IMG/VR virus record: IMGVR_UViG_2576861193_000006
Length of the DNA stretch: 35,177 nt
Origin: a virus
Lineage: Duplodnaviria; Heunggongvirae; Uroviricota; Caudoviricetes
Direction: 5' to 3' (one strand)
Positions within the stretch are counted from its first letter, which is position 1, and each line of letters begins with the position of its first letter. The position numbers and the translations under genes are program-made. The notes under the pieces are model-generated. The model did no database searches. It was not told the DNA's origin and saw nothing but the letters and a program-made list of their open reading frames with translations. Positions 17,383-26,870 of this stretch are shown piece after piece.

Positions 17383-17874
17383 ATGGATCATGAGTTGAAA
17401 AACCTGGTGCTGAATATTAATCAACTGGCGGCTTTATCTGGTCTGCACCGCCAGACTGTCGTGGCAAGACTGAAAAACATTCGTCCCGCTGGTGGACATG
17501 ACAAACTCAAGCTATACCGGTTGACCGATATTCTGACTGAATTTATGGGGTTACCACCGCCGGTTGCTGAGGGCGAAATGGATCCACATGAACGCAAAGC
17601 CTGGTATCAGTCTGAACGTGAGCGTCTTAAGTTCGAACAGGAAACGGCACAACTCATTCCGGCCAGTGATGTCAGACGGGAGTTTGCCATCTGGGCAAAA
17701 GCGGTCGTGCAGGTGCTGGAGACATTACCGGATATTCTGGAACGTGACTGCGGCCTGCAGCCTGCCGCTGTGAGCCGTGTTCAGTCCATTATTGATGATC
17801 TGCGCGATCAGATAGCCCTGCGGGTGACCGAAGCAGGTGCGGATGATGAGGAGGAATTACAGCAGGAGGAGTAA
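17383..17874 (+). CDS. terminase small subunit (Nu1-like, N-terminal HTH)
   Basis: HTH segment INQLAALSGLHRQTVVARL; acidic C-terminus; TAATG overlap with large terminase; GGAGG upstream. Confidence 0.8.
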   Translation: MDHELKNLVLNINQLAALSGLHRQTVVARLKNIRPAGGHDKLKLYRLTDILTEFMGLPPPVAEGEMDPHERKAWYQSERERLKFEQETAQLIPASDVRREFAIWAKAVVQVLETLPDILERDCGLQPAAVSRVQSIIDDLRDQIALRVTEAGADDEEELQQEE

Positions 17875-19976
17875 TGCTGAATCAGGAAACCGCAAAGGCA
17901 GCACGAACCGATTCAGGTTATATCCTTCGCGCACCGAGACGAATGCTGGTTGCTGATGCCGTTGCTCAGTATATGCGGGTGCCCATGGGGGCCGGGAATT
18001 CAGTCCCGTGGGATCCGCTGGTGGCACCGTATGTTATTGAGCCGATGAACTGCCTGGCCTCGCGTGAATACGACGCAGTGATATTTGTTGGCCCGGCACG
18101 AACTGGCAAGACTATCGGCCTGATTGACGGCTGGGTGATTTACAATGTGATTTGCGATCCTGCTGATATGCTGATCATTCAGATGACGGAGGAAAAAGCC
18201 CGCGAACACTCCAAAAAACGACTTGCCAGAACGTTTCGCGTCAGCCCGGAAGTGGTCAGTCGCCTGAGTCCGAACAAAAATGACAACAACGTTTATGACA
18301 GAACATTCCTTGCTGGCAACTACCTGAAAATCGGCTGGCCGTCAGTCAATATCATGTCCTCATCAGATTATAAATGCGTGGCGCTGACGGATTATGACCG
18401 TTTTCCAGAAGATATTGATGGCGAGGGGGATGCCTTCTCTCTTGCCTCAAAACGTACCACCACATTTATGTCCAGTGGTATGACGCTGGTGGAGAGTTCC
18501 CCCGGCAGGGATGTGAAGGATGTGAAATGGCGACGGACTTCACCGCATGAGGCTCCACCAACCACGGGGATACTGTCGCTCTATAACCGTGGCGATCGCC
18601 GTCGCTGGTACTGGCCCTGTCCACACTGTGGTGAGTATTTTCAGCCCTGCGGCGATGTGGTTGCTGGTTTCCGTGATATTGCCGATCCCGTGCTGGCAAG
18701 TGAGGCGGCTTATATTCAGTGTCCTTCCTGTTCAGGACGGATTATGCCTGAACAAAAACGTGAGCTGAACGGACGTGGGGTCTGGTTGCGGGATGGTGAA
18801 TCTATCAATGCGGATGGCAGTCGTTATGGTGATCCCCGACGCTCACGTATTGCGTCATTCTGGATGGAGGGTCCGGCAGCTGCTTACCAGACACTCTCGC
18901 AACTCGTTTACAAACTGCTTACTGCAGAACAGGAATACGAGACAACCGGAAGTGAAGAAACACTCAAGACGGTTATCAATACCGACTGGGGATTACCTTA
19001 TCTTCCCCGTGCCAGCATGGAGCAACGAAAAAGTGAACTGCTTGAGCAGCGGGCAGAGCCAGTTCCTTCCCGCAGTGTGCCGGATGGCGTTAATTTCCTG
19101 GTGGCGACAGTTGATGTGCAGGCGGGACGTCATCGCCGTTTTGTGGTTCAGGTAACGGGCTATGGCAGCCGTGGCGAACGCTGGATTATTGATCGTTACA
19201 ACATCACGCAGTCATTGCGCGGTGACAGCGACGGGGAGAGCCAGCGAATTGATCCGGCCAGCTATCCGGAAGACTGGGATGTCCTGCTGACGGATGTTTT
19301 TCATAAAAGCTGGCCGCTGGCCTCCGATCCTTCTCAACAAATGCGACTGATGGCAATGGCGGTGGACTCCGGCGGTGAAGACGGGGTCACTGATAATGCC
19401 TATAAATTCTGGCGTCGTTGCCGTCGTGATGGCCTTGGTAAACGTATTTACCTGTTTAAGGGCGACAGCATCCGGCGCGCAAAACTGATCACCCGTACAT
19501 TCCCTGATAACACCGGACGAACGGGCCGACGGGCGCAGGCCGCAGGTGATGTGCCGCTCTGGCTTCTTCAGACGGATGCCCTGAAAGATCGGGTGAATAA
19601 CGCGTTATGGCGTGACTCTCCAGGTCCCGGCTATGTGCATTTCCCTGACTGGCTGGGGAGCTGGTTTTACGACGAACTGACGTATGAAGAGCGGAGTAGT
19701 GACGGGAAATGGAGTAAGCCGGGTCGCGGTGCCAACGAAGCTTTTGACCTGATGGTGTATGCCGAGGCTCTGGTCATTCTGCATGGATACGAAAAGATCC
19801 GCTGGCCGGATGCACCGGAGTGGGCGAGCCGGGAAACCTGGCTGGAGTGTGTCCCGGACAGTACCGAACCGTCACCCTCACCGGAACCGGTATCCACGCC
19901 TGTTAAAAAACAAAAACGGAAGAAAACAGTAACTGACGATGTTAACCCCTGGCTGACTTCCGGAGGATGGTTATGA
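17874..19976 (+). CDS. A: terminase large subunit (GpA-like)
   Basis: 700 aa; Walker A VIFVGPARTGKT; position after small subunit. Confidence 0.9.
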   Translation: MLNQETAKAARTDSGYILRAPRRMLVADAVAQYMRVPMGAGNSVPWDPLVAPYVIEPMNCLASREYDAVIFVGPARTGKTIGLIDGWVIYNVICDPADMLIIQMTEEKAREHSKKRLARTFRVSPEVVSRLSPNKNDNNVYDRTFLAGNYLKIGWPSVNIMSSSDYKCVALTDYDRFPEDIDGEGDAFSLASKRTTTFMSSGMTLVESSPGRDVKDVKWRRTSPHEAPPTTGILSLYNRGDRRRWYWPCPHCGEYFQPCGDVVAGFRDIADPVLASEAAYIQCPSCSGRIMPEQKRELNGRGVWLRDGESINADGSRYGDPRRSRIASFWMEGPAAAYQTLSQLVYKLLTAEQEYETTGSEETLKTVINTDWGLPYLPRASMEQRKSELLEQRAEPVPSRSVPDGVNFLVATVDVQAGRHRRFVVQVTGYGSRGERWIIDRYNITQSLRGDSDGESQRIDPASYPEDWDVLLTDVFHKSWPLASDPSQQMRLMAMAVDSGGEDGVTDNAYKFWRRCRRDGLGKRIYLFKGDSIRRAKLITRTFPDNTGRTGRRAQAAGDVPLWLLQTDALKDRVNNALWRDSPGPGYVHFPDWLGSWFYDELTYEERSSDGKWSKPGRGANEAFDLMVYAEALVILHGYEKIRWPDAPEWASRETWLECVPDSTEPSPSPEPVSTPVKKQKRKKTVTDDVNPWLTSGGWL

Positions 19977-20185
19977 ACCAGAATGATATCGAAGCCATGA
20001 TTCAGCGTTATACGGAAGCTGAAATGGCGGTGCTGGACGGAAAATCCGTCACCTTTAATGGTCAGCAGATGACAATGGAAAACTTATCTGAGATCCGGCA
20101 GGGACGGCAGGAGTGGGAGCGCCGCCTTGCGGCTCTGATTACACGACGACGGGGGCATCCCGGGTACCGGCTGGCGAGGTTCTGA
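19973..20185 (+). CDS. W: head-tail joining protein (gpW-like)
   Basis: About 70 aa between terminase and portal, ending RRRGHPGY.. like lambda W; GGAGG 6 nt upstream of ATG 19973. Confidence 0.6.
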   Translation: MNQNDIEAMIQRYTEAEMAVLDGKSVTFNGQQMTMENLSEIRQGRQEWERRLAALITRRRGHPGYRLARF

Positions 20186-21693
20186 TGGCAATTCTTGATG
20201 ATGTGATTGGCGTTTTTTCACCAGGATGGAAAGCGGCAAGGCTGCGTTCCCGTGCGGTGATCCAGGCTTATGAGGCCGTAAAAACGACGCGGACACACAA
20301 AGCCCGGCGGGAAAACCGAACTGCCGACCAGTTAAGCCAGTACGGGGCCGTGTCGTTACGTGAGCAGGCCCGTTACCTTGATAACAACCACGATCTGGTT
20401 ATTGGTGTATTTGACAAGCTGGAAGAACGGGTGGTGGGGAAAAACGGGATTATTGTCGAGCCACATCCGGTATTACGCAATGGGGCCATTGCCCGTGATC
20501 TGGCAGCGGAGATACGCACCCGATGGAGTGAATGGTCTGTCAGTCCGGAAGTCACCGGGCAGTTTACCCGTCCGATGCTGGAACGTCTGATGCTGCGTAC
20601 CTGGCTGCGCGATGGTGAGGTGTTTGCCCAGATGGTTTCCGGGCGCATAAACAGCCTGACGCCTTCTGCCGGTGTTCATTTCTGGCTGGAGGCGCTCGAG
20701 CCGGACTTTATTCCCATGACCAGTGATGAGAGCAACAGGCTGAATCAGGGCGTGTTTGTTGATGACTGGGGGCGTCCCGAAAAATATCTGGTGTATAAAA
20801 GCCGTCCCGTATCCGGGCGGCAGATGGAAACCAAAGAAGTGGATGCAGAGCGAATGCTGCATCTTAAATTTGTTCGCCGTCTGCACCAGATGCGCGGGAC
20901 GTCTTTGTTGTCCGGTGTGCTGATCCGCCTCAGTGCCCTGAAAGAGTATGAAGATTCTGAGCTGACTGCAGCAAGGATCGCCGCTGCTCTGGGGATGTAT
21001 ATCCGGAAAGGCGACGGGCAGAGCTATGAACCGGATGGTAATGGCAGCAAGGAGAATGAACGCGAGCTTACCATTCAGCCAGGCATTATTTACGACGATC
21101 TGAAACCCGGCGAAGAAATCGGAATGGTGAAGTCGGATCGTCCCAATCCTAACCTTGAAACTTTTCGTAATGGTCAGTTGCGTGCCGTGGCGGCGGGCAG
21201 TCGTCTGAGTTTTTCCAGTACGGCACGCAACTATAACGGCACTTACAGCGCCCAGCGTCAGGAACTGGTTGAGTCTACTGATGGCTACCTGATCCTGCAG
21301 GACTGGTTTATTGGTGCCGTCACCCGCCCGATGTATCGTGCCTGGCTGAAACAGGCTGTGGCATCCGGTGTTATCAGGCTACCCCGCGATCTTGACCGTT
21401 CTTCACTGTATACCGCGGTGTATTCCGGACCAGTGATGCCGTGGATTGACCCTGTTAAGGAGGCTGAGGCCTGGAAAATCCAGATTCGTGGTGGAGCGGC
21501 GACAGAATCAGACTGGGTACGTGCTGGTGGTCGTAATCCGGATGATGTCAAACGTCGGCGCAAGGCCGAAATTGATGAAAACCGCAAGCTGGATCTGGTA
21601 TTTGATACCGATCCGGCCAGTGATAAAGGAGGCAGCAGTGCCGCAACGAAACGACAGGAGCCGCAGCACACCGACGACCAGTCCGAAGAATAA
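20185..21693 (+). CDS. B: portal protein (lambda gpB-like)
   Basis: About 500 aa after W; ATG overlaps W stop (TGATG); position and size typical of lambda-family portal. Confidence 0.85.
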   Translation: MAILDDVIGVFSPGWKAARLRSRAVIQAYEAVKTTRTHKARRENRTADQLSQYGAVSLREQARYLDNNHDLVIGVFDKLEERVVGKNGIIVEPHPVLRNGAIARDLAAEIRTRWSEWSVSPEVTGQFTRPMLERLMLRTWLRDGEVFAQMVSGRINSLTPSAGVHFWLEALEPDFIPMTSDESNRLNQGVFVDDWGRPEKYLVYKSRPVSGRQMETKEVDAERMLHLKFVRRLHQMRGTSLLSGVLIRLSALKEYEDSELTAARIAAALGMYIRKGDGQSYEPDGNGSKENERELTIQPGIIYDDLKPGEEIGMVKSDRPNPNLETFRNGQLRAVAAGSRLSFSSTARNYNGTYSAQRQELVESTDGYLILQDWFIGAVTRPMYRAWLKQAVASGVIRLPRDLDRSSLYTAVYSGPVMPWIDPVKEAEAWKIQIRGGAATESDWVRAGGRNPDDVKRRRKAEIDENRKLDLVFDTDPASDKGGSSAATKRQEPQHTDDQSEE

Positions 21694-21706
21694 TTCCTGG
21701 TTCAGG

Positions 21707-23665
21707 ATGCAGGCTGGTCACCAGAGTGACGCGGATATTTATATTTATGACGAGATTGGTTTCTGGGGTGTTACAGCGAAGCAGTTTATCAGTGATCTGA
21801 ATGCACTGGGCGATATCACCCACATTAATCTCCATATTAATTCACCGGGTGGCGATGTCTTTGAAGGCATCGCCATTTTTAATGCGCTGAAAACACATGG
21901 TGCGTCCATTACCGTTTATGTCGACGGTGTGGCGGCGTCAATGGCGTCGGTCATTGCGATGGTGGGAAACCCGGTCATTATGCCGGAAAACACCTTCATG
22001 ATGATTCATAAACCATTTGGCTTTACGGGCGGTGATGCGGAGGACATGCGCACCTATGCCGACCTGCTCGATAAGGTTGAGGCGGTTCTGTTACCCGCTT
22101 ATGCACAGAAAACCGGGAAAACCACCGATGAAATTGCTGCCATGCTGGCGGATGAGACCTGGATGTCCGGTGCCGAATGTCTGGCACATGGATTTGCTGA
22201 TCAGGTAACGCCAGCCGTTAAGGCAATGGCATGTATTCAGTCAAAACGTACAGAGGAATTTAAAAAGATGCCGGAATCCATTCGAAACATGATTACTCCG
22301 CCACGCAACAGTGCTCCACGCGTACAGGATGATGAACCTGCAGCCTCCCGGACGCCAGTGCAGGCAGCAGCACCTGTGGTGGATGAAAACAGTATCCGTG
22401 CGCAGGTACTGGCAGAGCAAAAAGCGCGTGTAAACGGTATTAATGATCTGTTTGCCATGTTTGGCGGGCGTTATCAGACGCTGCAGGCTCAGTGTCTTGC
22501 CGATCCTGAATGTTCGCTGGAGCAGGCCCGCGAAAAGCTGTTGAACGAGATGGGGCGCGAGTCCACGCCATCCAATAAAAATACCCCGGCTCATATTTAT
22601 GCCGGTAACGGTAATTTTGTGGGGGACGGGATCCGCCAGGCGCTGATGGCGCGTGCCGGATTTGAAAAAACCGAACGTGATAATGTCTACAACGGGATGA
22701 CCCTGCGTGAATATGCCCGTATGTCACTGACTGAACGGGGTATTGGGGTTTCCGGTTATAACCCGATGCAGATGGTCGGTGCGGCGTTCACACACAGTAC
22801 GTCTGACTTCGGTAATATTCTGCTGGATGTTGCGAACAAAGCCATTCTGCAGGGCTGGGAAGATGCTCCTGAAACCTATGAACAGTGGACGCGGAAAGGT
22901 CAGTTGTCTGATTTTAAAATTGCCCATCGTGTGGGTATGGGGGGCTTCAGTGCTCTGCGTCAGGTGCGTGAAGGGGCGGAATATAAATACGTCACCACCG
23001 GAGATAAACAGGCCACTATTGCACTGGCGACCTATGGCGAGCTGTTCAGTATCACCCGTCAGGCCATTATCAATGATGATCTGAATATGCTGACCGATGT
23101 CCCGATGAAGCTGGGCCGTGCGGCGAAATCCACTATTGCCGATCTGGTTTATGCCATTCTGACGTCTAACCCGAAAATCTCCACAGATAATGTAAGTCTG
23201 TTCGATAAAGCGAAACATGCAAACGTACTGGAGAGCGCTGCAATGGACGTGGCATCGCTGGATAAAGCCCGCCAGTTGATGCGCGTTCAGAAAGAGGGGG
23301 AGCGTCATCTGAATATTCGTCCTGCGTTCGTACTGGTACCGACGGCGATGGAGTCTGTTGCTAACCAGGTCATTCGCTCCTCAAGTGTCAAGGGGGCTGA
23401 CATTAACGCCGGTATTATTAACCCGGTGAAAGATTTTGCGACCGTTATTGCAGAGCCTCGTCTTGATGATAACAGCCAGACCACCTTCTACCTGGCTGCG
23501 TCAAAAGGCTCCGATACGATTGAAGTGGCTTATCTCAACGGTGTGGATACGCCATATATTGATCAGATGGAGGGCTTCAGTGTGGATGGCGTGACAACGA
23601 AAGTGCGTATTGACGCCGGTGTCGCGCCAGTTGATCACCGCGGTCTGGTGAAATGTACGGCGTAA
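21707..23665 (+). CDS. fused prohead protease (ClpP/S14-like) - scaffold-like linker - major capsid protein
   Basis: N-terminal ClpP-like region (INSPGGDVFEGIAIFNALK ... MASVIAMVG), central Ala/Gln-rich segment, C-terminal ~320 aa capsid-like domain; alternative GTG start at 21638 with AAGGAGG upstream. Confidence 0.8.
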   Translation: MQAGHQSDADIYIYDEIGFWGVTAKQFISDLNALGDITHINLHINSPGGDVFEGIAIFNALKTHGASITVYVDGVAASMASVIAMVGNPVIMPENTFMMIHKPFGFTGGDAEDMRTYADLLDKVEAVLLPAYAQKTGKTTDEIAAMLADETWMSGAECLAHGFADQVTPAVKAMACIQSKRTEEFKKMPESIRNMITPPRNSAPRVQDDEPAASRTPVQAAAPVVDENSIRAQVLAEQKARVNGINDLFAMFGGRYQTLQAQCLADPECSLEQAREKLLNEMGRESTPSNKNTPAHIYAGNGNFVGDGIRQALMARAGFEKTERDNVYNGMTLREYARMSLTERGIGVSGYNPMQMVGAAFTHSTSDFGNILLDVANKAILQGWEDAPETYEQWTRKGQLSDFKIAHRVGMGGFSALRQVREGAEYKYVTTGDKQATIALATYGELFSITRQAIINDDLNMLTDVPMKLGRAAKSTIADLVYAILTSNPKISTDNVSLFDKAKHANVLESAAMDVASLDKARQLMRVQKEGERHLNIRPAFVLVPTAMESVANQVIRSSSVKGADINAGIINPVKDFATVIAEPRLDDNSQTTFYLAASKGSDTIEVAYLNGVDTPYIDQMEGFSVDGVTTKVRIDAGVAPVDHRGLVKCTA

Positions 23666-23689
23666 ACGTCGCAGACAACAACTCTGATG

Positions 23690-23708
23690 GCCCGTAAGGG
23701 CTTTTTTT
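23690..23708 (+). terminator. short hairpin terminator after capsid gene
   Basis: GCCC-GTAA-GGGC followed by TTTTTTT. Confidence 0.45.
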
Positions 23709-23751
23709 GTACCTGAAATCAGCCCCTGAACGGGGCTGTGCGGAGACAGTT

Positions 23752-24075
23752 ATGGCAAAGAATTTTGTAGAAGAAGGAAAAACGGTGGCGATTGTTGCCA
23801 GTGCAGCCATCAGCAGCGGAGATCTGGTGCAGGTGGGTGATGTTTTTGCGGTGGCGCTGACCGATATTCCACAGGGTGAAACAGGCGACGGCATGACCGA
23901 AGGGGTGTTTATGCTGCCTAAGCTGAAAACGGATGACATGAAAACGGGTAAGAAGGTTTATCTGAAGTCCGGAAAAGTTCAGCTGACTAACAGCGGCTCT
24001 GATCCGCTGGTCGGGGTTGTCTGGGCAGATGCCGGAACCAGTGCAGAAGAAGTGCCGGTAAAACTCAATGTCTGA
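23752..24075 (+). CDS. small head-associated protein (possible decoration/DUF2190-like)
   Basis: GGAGA 5 nt upstream of ATG; position directly after the capsid gene. Confidence 0.55.
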   Translation: MAKNFVEEGKTVAIVASAAISSGDLVQVGDVFAVALTDIPQGETGDGMTEGVFMLPKLKTDDMKTGKKVYLKSGKVQLTNSGSDPLVGVVWADAGTSAEEVPVKLNV

Positions 24076-24343
24076 TCCCTTTTCCCGGCTGGCAGCGCGT
24101 ATGGATGCTATCACGGTCAGAAAGATGGGAAAGACAGCCTCGATTAATGATGTCGATATGACTGTGATCCCGGGAGAAACACTGGCAGAGCTGAATGCTC
24201 TGTCCGGACCTGCGGTCTCTCTGGTGGTGTTTTCTTCGGGATACCGCCCACGGCGCGGGGATCGCGTTGTTTATGACGGACAACAATGGACGGTCACACG
24301 GCATGAACGTTTTAACGGTAAGCCAATGATCTTTATTGAGTAA
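24068..24343 (+). CDS. head-tail joining protein (FII-like)
   Basis: C-terminal RRGDRVVYDGQQWTV resembles lambda FII (RRGDTLTIGEENFWV); position before Z. Confidence 0.6.
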   Translation: MSDPFSRLAARMDAITVRKMGKTASINDVDMTVIPGETLAELNALSGPAVSLVVFSSGYRPRRGDRVVYDGQQWTVTRHERFNGKPMIFIE

Positions 24344-24354
24344 AGAGGTGTGGG

Positions 24355-24933
24355 ATGAAGGGGCTTGAGAATGCCATCCGCAATCTGAACAGCCTTGATA
24401 CCCGTATGGTGCCACAGGCCAGCGCATGGGCGATAAACCGTGTGGCACAGAAAGCGGTCTCGGTTGCCACCCGGCAGGTTGCCGGGAATACCGTTGCGGG
24501 AGATAACCAGGTGAAAGGGATACCCCTGAAACTGGTACGTCAGCGTGTCCGGGTGTTTAAAGCCAGTCCGTCAGGAAAAATGACGGCCAGGATCCGCGTT
24601 AACCGGGGCAATCTGCCCGCCATTAAGCTGGGGACAGCCCGGGTCAGACTGGCCCGGCGTGGTGGAAAACTGCAGTACCGTGGCAGTGTGCTGAAGGTGG
24701 GTAAATATCTTTTCCGGGATGCATTTATTCAGCAACTGGCGAATGGTCGCTGGCATGTGATGCGGCGTATTGATGGCAAAAATCGTTACCCCATTGATGT
24801 GGTGAAAATCCCGCTGTCCGGACCGCTGACACAGGCATTTGAAGATGCCCGCGACCGCATCATTGCTGCGGAAATGCCGAAACAGCTGGGGTATGCACTG
24901 AAACAACAACTGAGGTTATGGCTGACCCGATGA
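24355..24933 (+). CDS. Z: tail completion protein Z-like
   Basis: 192 aa, MKGLENAIRNLNSL N-terminus; position between FII-like and U; AGAGGTG upstream. Confidence 0.7.
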   Translation: MKGLENAIRNLNSLDTRMVPQASAWAINRVAQKAVSVATRQVAGNTVAGDNQVKGIPLKLVRQRVRVFKASPSGKMTARIRVNRGNLPAIKLGTARVRLARRGGKLQYRGSVLKVGKYLFRDAFIQQLANGRWHVMRRIDGKNRYPIDVVKIPLSGPLTQAFEDARDRIIAAEMPKQLGYALKQQLRLWLTR

Positions 24934-25331
24934 ACCGACATACACAAATACGCCAGGTCGTACTGGCACGCCTTCGGGAACAGTGTGGAGACAGCGCCAC
25001 GTTTTTTGACGGACTTCCGGCATTTGTTGATGCGCAGGAACTGCCTGCCGTGGCGGTGTGGCTGAGTGATGCTCAGTACACCGGAAAAATGACGGATGAA
25101 GATGACTGGCAGGCTGTTCTGCATATTGCTGTCTTCATCCGGGCACAGGCACCGGATTCAGAGCTGGATATGTGGATGGAGAGCACCATTTTCCCGGCCC
25201 TGAATGATGTACCGGCACTTTCCGGACTCATCGACACCCTGATCCCACTCGGTTTTAACTATCAACGTGATAATGAGATGGCCACCTGGGCGATGGCGGA
25301 AATCACGTACCAGATCACGTACACGAATTAA
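24930..25331 (+). CDS. U: tail terminator protein U
   Basis: ATFFDGLPAFVDAQELPAVAVWLSDAQYTG ... PDSELDMWMES ... ITYQITY closely parallels lambda gpU; ATGA overlap with Z. Confidence 0.85.
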   Translation: MNRHTQIRQVVLARLREQCGDSATFFDGLPAFVDAQELPAVAVWLSDAQYTGKMTDEDDWQAVLHIAVFIRAQAPDSELDMWMESTIFPALNDVPALSGLIDTLIPLGFNYQRDNEMATWAMAEITYQITYTN

Positions 25332-25341
25332 GGAGGTGGTA

Positions 25342-26085
25342 ATGACCACACCAAATCCACTGGCAAAAACGAAAGGTGCGGGAACGACGTTCTGGATGTA
25401 TACCGGCAACGGCGATGCGTTTGCGAACCCTTTATCGGACACTGACTGGCTGCGTCTTGCGATGGTGAAGGATCTGCAACCTGGCGAAATGACCGCTGAT
25501 GCAGAAGATGACACTTATCTCGATGATGAAGATGCAGACTGGAAAACGACAACCCAGGGGCAGAAATCCGTCGGTGATACTTCGGCGACGCTGGCCTGGC
25601 GTCCGGGTGACAGCGGACAGAAAAAACTGGTTCAGTTGTTCGACTCCGGTGAAGTCTGCGCGTTTCGTATCAAATATCCCAACGGTACTGTTGATGTTTT
25701 CCGTGGCTGGCTGAGTTCACTGGGTAAAACCATTGCCTCAAAAGACGTGATGACCCGCACCGTGAAAATCAGCGGTGTGGGGCGTCCATATCTGGCAGAG
25801 GAGGGCACTGAAACCGTGGGCGTTACCGGGCTGACGGTGGCACCGGCATCCGCCAGTGTCAATGTGGGAGCAACCACCACGCTGACCTTTACAGTAAAAC
25901 CTGACGGAGCCAGTGACAAAGCGATCAGTGTGCATTCGACAGATCCACAGACTGCCACGGTGACCCTGAACGGGCTTGTGGCCACGGTGAAAGGCGTGAA
26001 GCAGGGCAGTGTCAGCATTGTGGGCATGACTTCTGACGGCGATTTTGTGGCAGTGGCTACGGTGGCTGTCAGCGCCGCAGGTTAA
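25342..26085 (+). CDS. V: major tail protein V with C-terminal Ig-like domain
   Basis: AGGAGG 5 nt upstream; C-terminal Big_2-like segment. Confidence 0.85.
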   Translation: MTTPNPLAKTKGAGTTFWMYTGNGDAFANPLSDTDWLRLAMVKDLQPGEMTADAEDDTYLDDEDADWKTTTQGQKSVGDTSATLAWRPGDSGQKKLVQLFDSGEVCAFRIKYPNGTVDVFRGWLSSLGKTIASKDVMTRTVKISGVGRPYLAEEGTETVGVTGLTVAPASASVNVGATTTLTFTVKPDGASDKAISVHSTDPQTATVTLNGLVATVKGVKQGSVSIVGMTSDGDFVAVATVAVSAAG

Positions 26086-26104
26086 CAGGACGATACTCAT
26101 CATT

Positions 26105-26129
26105 TGCCCCGGTTATCCGGGGCTTTTTT
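26105..26129 (+). terminator. rho-independent terminator after V
   Basis: GCCCCGG-TTAT-CCGGGGC followed by TTTTTTG. Confidence 0.6.
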
Positions 26130-26142
26130 GCAGGTGGAGAAC

Positions 26143-26532
26143 ATGATGTTTCTGAAACAGGGCACGTTTAATTATGAAAAGCAGTCCGTGGTGCTCAGTG
26201 AGCTGTCCGGGCTGCAGAGAATTGAATATCTGGCGTTTGTTCAGCAGCGAACGGCAAAGTTTGATGCCGAAGAGGGAGAACTGCCGGAGGCTGAACGACA
26301 GATTGCTTTTCTGCGGATGGGGATGGATATCAATGCCTGGCTGGTTTCCCGCTCACTGTGGAATGCGGAACAGTCTCAGGATGTTGAGACGCTTTGCGCA
26401 TCCGTTATTACAACATGGTCGTATGATGCCCTGGGAGCGGGGGCGGAGATGGTTCTGTCGCTGAGCGGTATGGGAGCCATTGAGAATACCGGGGATTTGG
26501 AGCATGAGGTGCTGACGCCGGAAAAGTCCTGA
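26143..26532 (+). CDS. G: tail assembly chaperone G
   Basis: MMFLKQGTFNYEKQSVVLSELSGLQRIEYLA resembles lambda gpG; GGTGGAGA upstream. Confidence 0.85.
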   Translation: MMFLKQGTFNYEKQSVVLSELSGLQRIEYLAFVQQRTAKFDAEEGELPEAERQIAFLRMGMDINAWLVSRSLWNAEQSQDVETLCASVITTWSYDALGAGAEMVLSLSGMGAIENTGDLEHEVLTPEKS

Positions 26533-26870
26533 CGCGGGAAATGCAGTTTGTCATGCGGCTTGCCCGGGAGTTCCGGCGGGCAGACTGGCGGCGGATGCTG
26601 TCGGAAATGTCGGCCACTGAGCTTGGTGAGTGGGGCGATTATTTCCGGATGCAGAGCTTCAGTGATGTGTGGATGGATGCGCAGTTTGCCTCGCTGAAGG
26701 CATTGATCGTGAGAATGGTGTCCGGTAGCAGTGATGCTGCGGTGGCTGATTTCAGCCTTTTACCGGAAGAGAACGGGATACCGGAGCGAACGGACGAAGA
26801 ACTGATGCATCTTGGGGAAGGTATTTCCGGAGGTGTGCGTTATGGACCAGATAGCCAACCTGGTCATTGA
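26508..26870 (+). CDS. T: T-frame segment of tail assembly protein G-T, expressed by -1 programmed frameshift from G
   Basis: -1 frame opens at 26508 and overlaps the end of G; candidate slip site GGAAAAG at 26520-26526; the conserved G/GT arrangement of lambda-like tails. Confidence 0.7.
   Translation, partial: GADAGKVLTREMQFVMRLAREFRRADWRRMLSEMSATELGEWGDYFRMQSFSDVWMDAQFASLKALIVRMVSGSSDAAVADFSLLPEENGIPERTDEELMHLGEGISGGVRYGPDSQPGH

Noticed and set aside
16953-17393. 146-aa Cys-rich plus-strand ORF
   Set aside because: Spans the candidate cos site and intergenic repeats; composition not protein-like
22724-23308. 194-aa minus-strand ORF
   Set aside because: Antisense to the capsid-coding part of the protease-capsid ORF
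26812-26841. TTG start extending the tape measure ORF
   Set aside because: ATG at 26842 has a well-spaced GGAGGTG and is the more likely start
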